Positions 62,640 to 64,000 of a stretch of DNA of 64,000 nt are shown piece by piece. The stretch comes from Octopus sinensis (taxonomy: Eukaryota): positions 58,218,001 to 58,282,000 of the forward strand of contig NC_042997.1 of NCBI RefSeq assembly GCF_006345805.1, given 5' to 3'. The notes beneath the pieces are model-generated. The model worked only from the letters and a program-made list of their open reading frames with translations. It was not told the origin of the DNA and did no database searches. Made by a program: the position numbers and the translations under genes. Each line of letters opens with the position of its first letter. Positions within the stretch are counted from its first letter, which is position 1.

Positions 62640-63455
62640 AATGGTTTCAAATTTTGGCTCAAGGCCAGCAATTTTGGGGAGGGAATAATTTGATTACATT
62701 GACCATAGTGTTCAACTGGTACTTATTTCATTAACTCACAAATGAATGAAAAGGCTGAGTTGACCATGGCAGCATTTGATGTAAAGACAGATGAAATGCT
62801 ACTAAGCATTCTGTCTGGCATGCTTATGATTCTGCCAGCTCACCACCTTAATAACAATAATAATGATAATAATAATAATTCTAAAGGCACAAGACCTGAA
62901 ATTTGGGAGAAGGGAACTAGTCAGTTACATTGACCCTAGTGCTTGACTGGTACTTATTTTATTGATCCTGAAAGAATGAAAGGCAAGTCAACCCTGGTGG
63001 AATTTGAATTCAATATGTAAAGATAGATGAAATGCCACTAAGCATTTTTTCTGCCTGCTCACTGCCTTGTAATAATTAATTCTAATATAGACATAAAATC
63101 AGTTTTGAGGGGAAAAGGGTTAATCAGTACCATTGATCTCAGCTTTTGACTGGTACTTTATTTTATTGATGCTGAATGACTGAAAGGCAAAGTTGACTTT
63201 GGGGGATTTGAACGCAGAAAGAAGAGCTGGAACAAATATTGATTTCAAATTTTGGCACAAGGCCGGAAGTTTCAGGGGAGGTGGGGGTGTAAGTCAGTTT
63301 ATAATGACTCCAGTATTCAACTGGTACTTATTTTATCAACCCTGAAAGGATGGAAGGCAAAATCAACTTAGGCAGAATTTGAACTCAGAATGTAAAGATG
63401 GACAAAATGCCACAAAGCATTTCGCCCATCATGCTAATGATTTTGCCAACTGGAC
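62640..63455 (-). mobile_element. Cluster of four same-orientation SINEs (family C)
   Basis: Units start at about 62640, 62880, 63085 and 63240, each with ttttggcacaaggcc..gggg..gattacattgacc..actggtact..gaaaggcaaagttgac. Confidence 0.75.
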
Positions 63456-64000
63456 CAAATATTGCAAGACATTTTGTCTAACACTCTAACAATTCTACTA
63501 AATTCTGCTTTAACACTGCCTTTAGTGAATTACAATAATGAAAATATTCACCTGCATATATGCTGTCTTCCCTCTCTTTTCATTGCCTCTTTCCCACCCC
63601 TTTTTCTTTCAGCCCTACCATCTCTCTCCCTTAGTGTTTCTCTCTTTTTCTGTCACCCCTTCTTTCTTTGCATCCTTCTGTCTCTGTCTGTCTTTGTTTC
63701 TCTTTCTTTCTCTCTCTCTCTCTCTTTAACAGTAAATTGATTCTATCATTACATATTACAATTGAAAATTTGTCTAAAGATCTGACAAATTTGTTATTGT
63801 ACTGAATTTGTTATTGATGTACTTGTACATCTGTGCACCATTCATTGTCTTTACTACAAAAGCAAACTTAAAGGCAATATCTGGGAATTATAATGATTTG
63901 AAAGGATTCATTGAAATATCTGGGAATTATAATGATTTGAAAGGATTTATTCATCAAAGTGAAATTCTGTATTTACCAAAGAATCTGCCTCCTCTAAAAA

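Noticed and set aside
63876-63947. 39-bp-period tandem duplication (also small ones near 38450 and 55200)
   Set aside because: Two units only, consistent with ordinary slippage; not a CRISPR-like or functional array.

Overview
This is AT-rich, microsatellite-rich eukaryotic (animal) genomic DNA. The (TA)n/(CA)n load and the SINE, RTE, Penelope, Helitron and mariner families point to an octopus or other coleoid cephalopod (inference from repeat content, not a database result). Most ORFs in the supplied track are artefacts of microsatellites and SINEs. The only host-gene sequence I can support is a head-to-head pair around a 207-bp promoter (20470-20676). On the minus strand are the first two coding exons of a MORN1-like gene (20340-20469 and 15681-15752, joining in frame to ...YEGEQKKALRNG|YGVYHYSNKFFEYEGEWVNSKKH-G). 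On the plus strand is the putative first coding exon (20677-20721, MAEQNTEKGMAIFLD|gtaagt) of a gene I could not identify and whose later exons I could not find. The rest reads as large introns filled with mostly dead elements: Tc1/maT/rosa/mariner transposons, Helitrons with PIF1 remnants, RTE, CR1-, Jockey- and I-like LINEs, Penelope GIY-YIG fragments, three or more SINE families and hAT/pogo/piggyBac-like MITEs. The most unusual observations are an inverted pair of hammerhead-ribozyme-like repeats enclosing a tRNA-SINE head (18513-18919), an RTE-type insertion flanked by a perfect inverted rather than direct duplication (33456-34145), an unassigned GC-rich ORF in MORN1 intron 2 (13341-13892), and several intronic foldbacks. 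Repeat boundaries are approximate unless termini are quoted. No prokaryotic features (CRISPR, rRNA, operons) are present.
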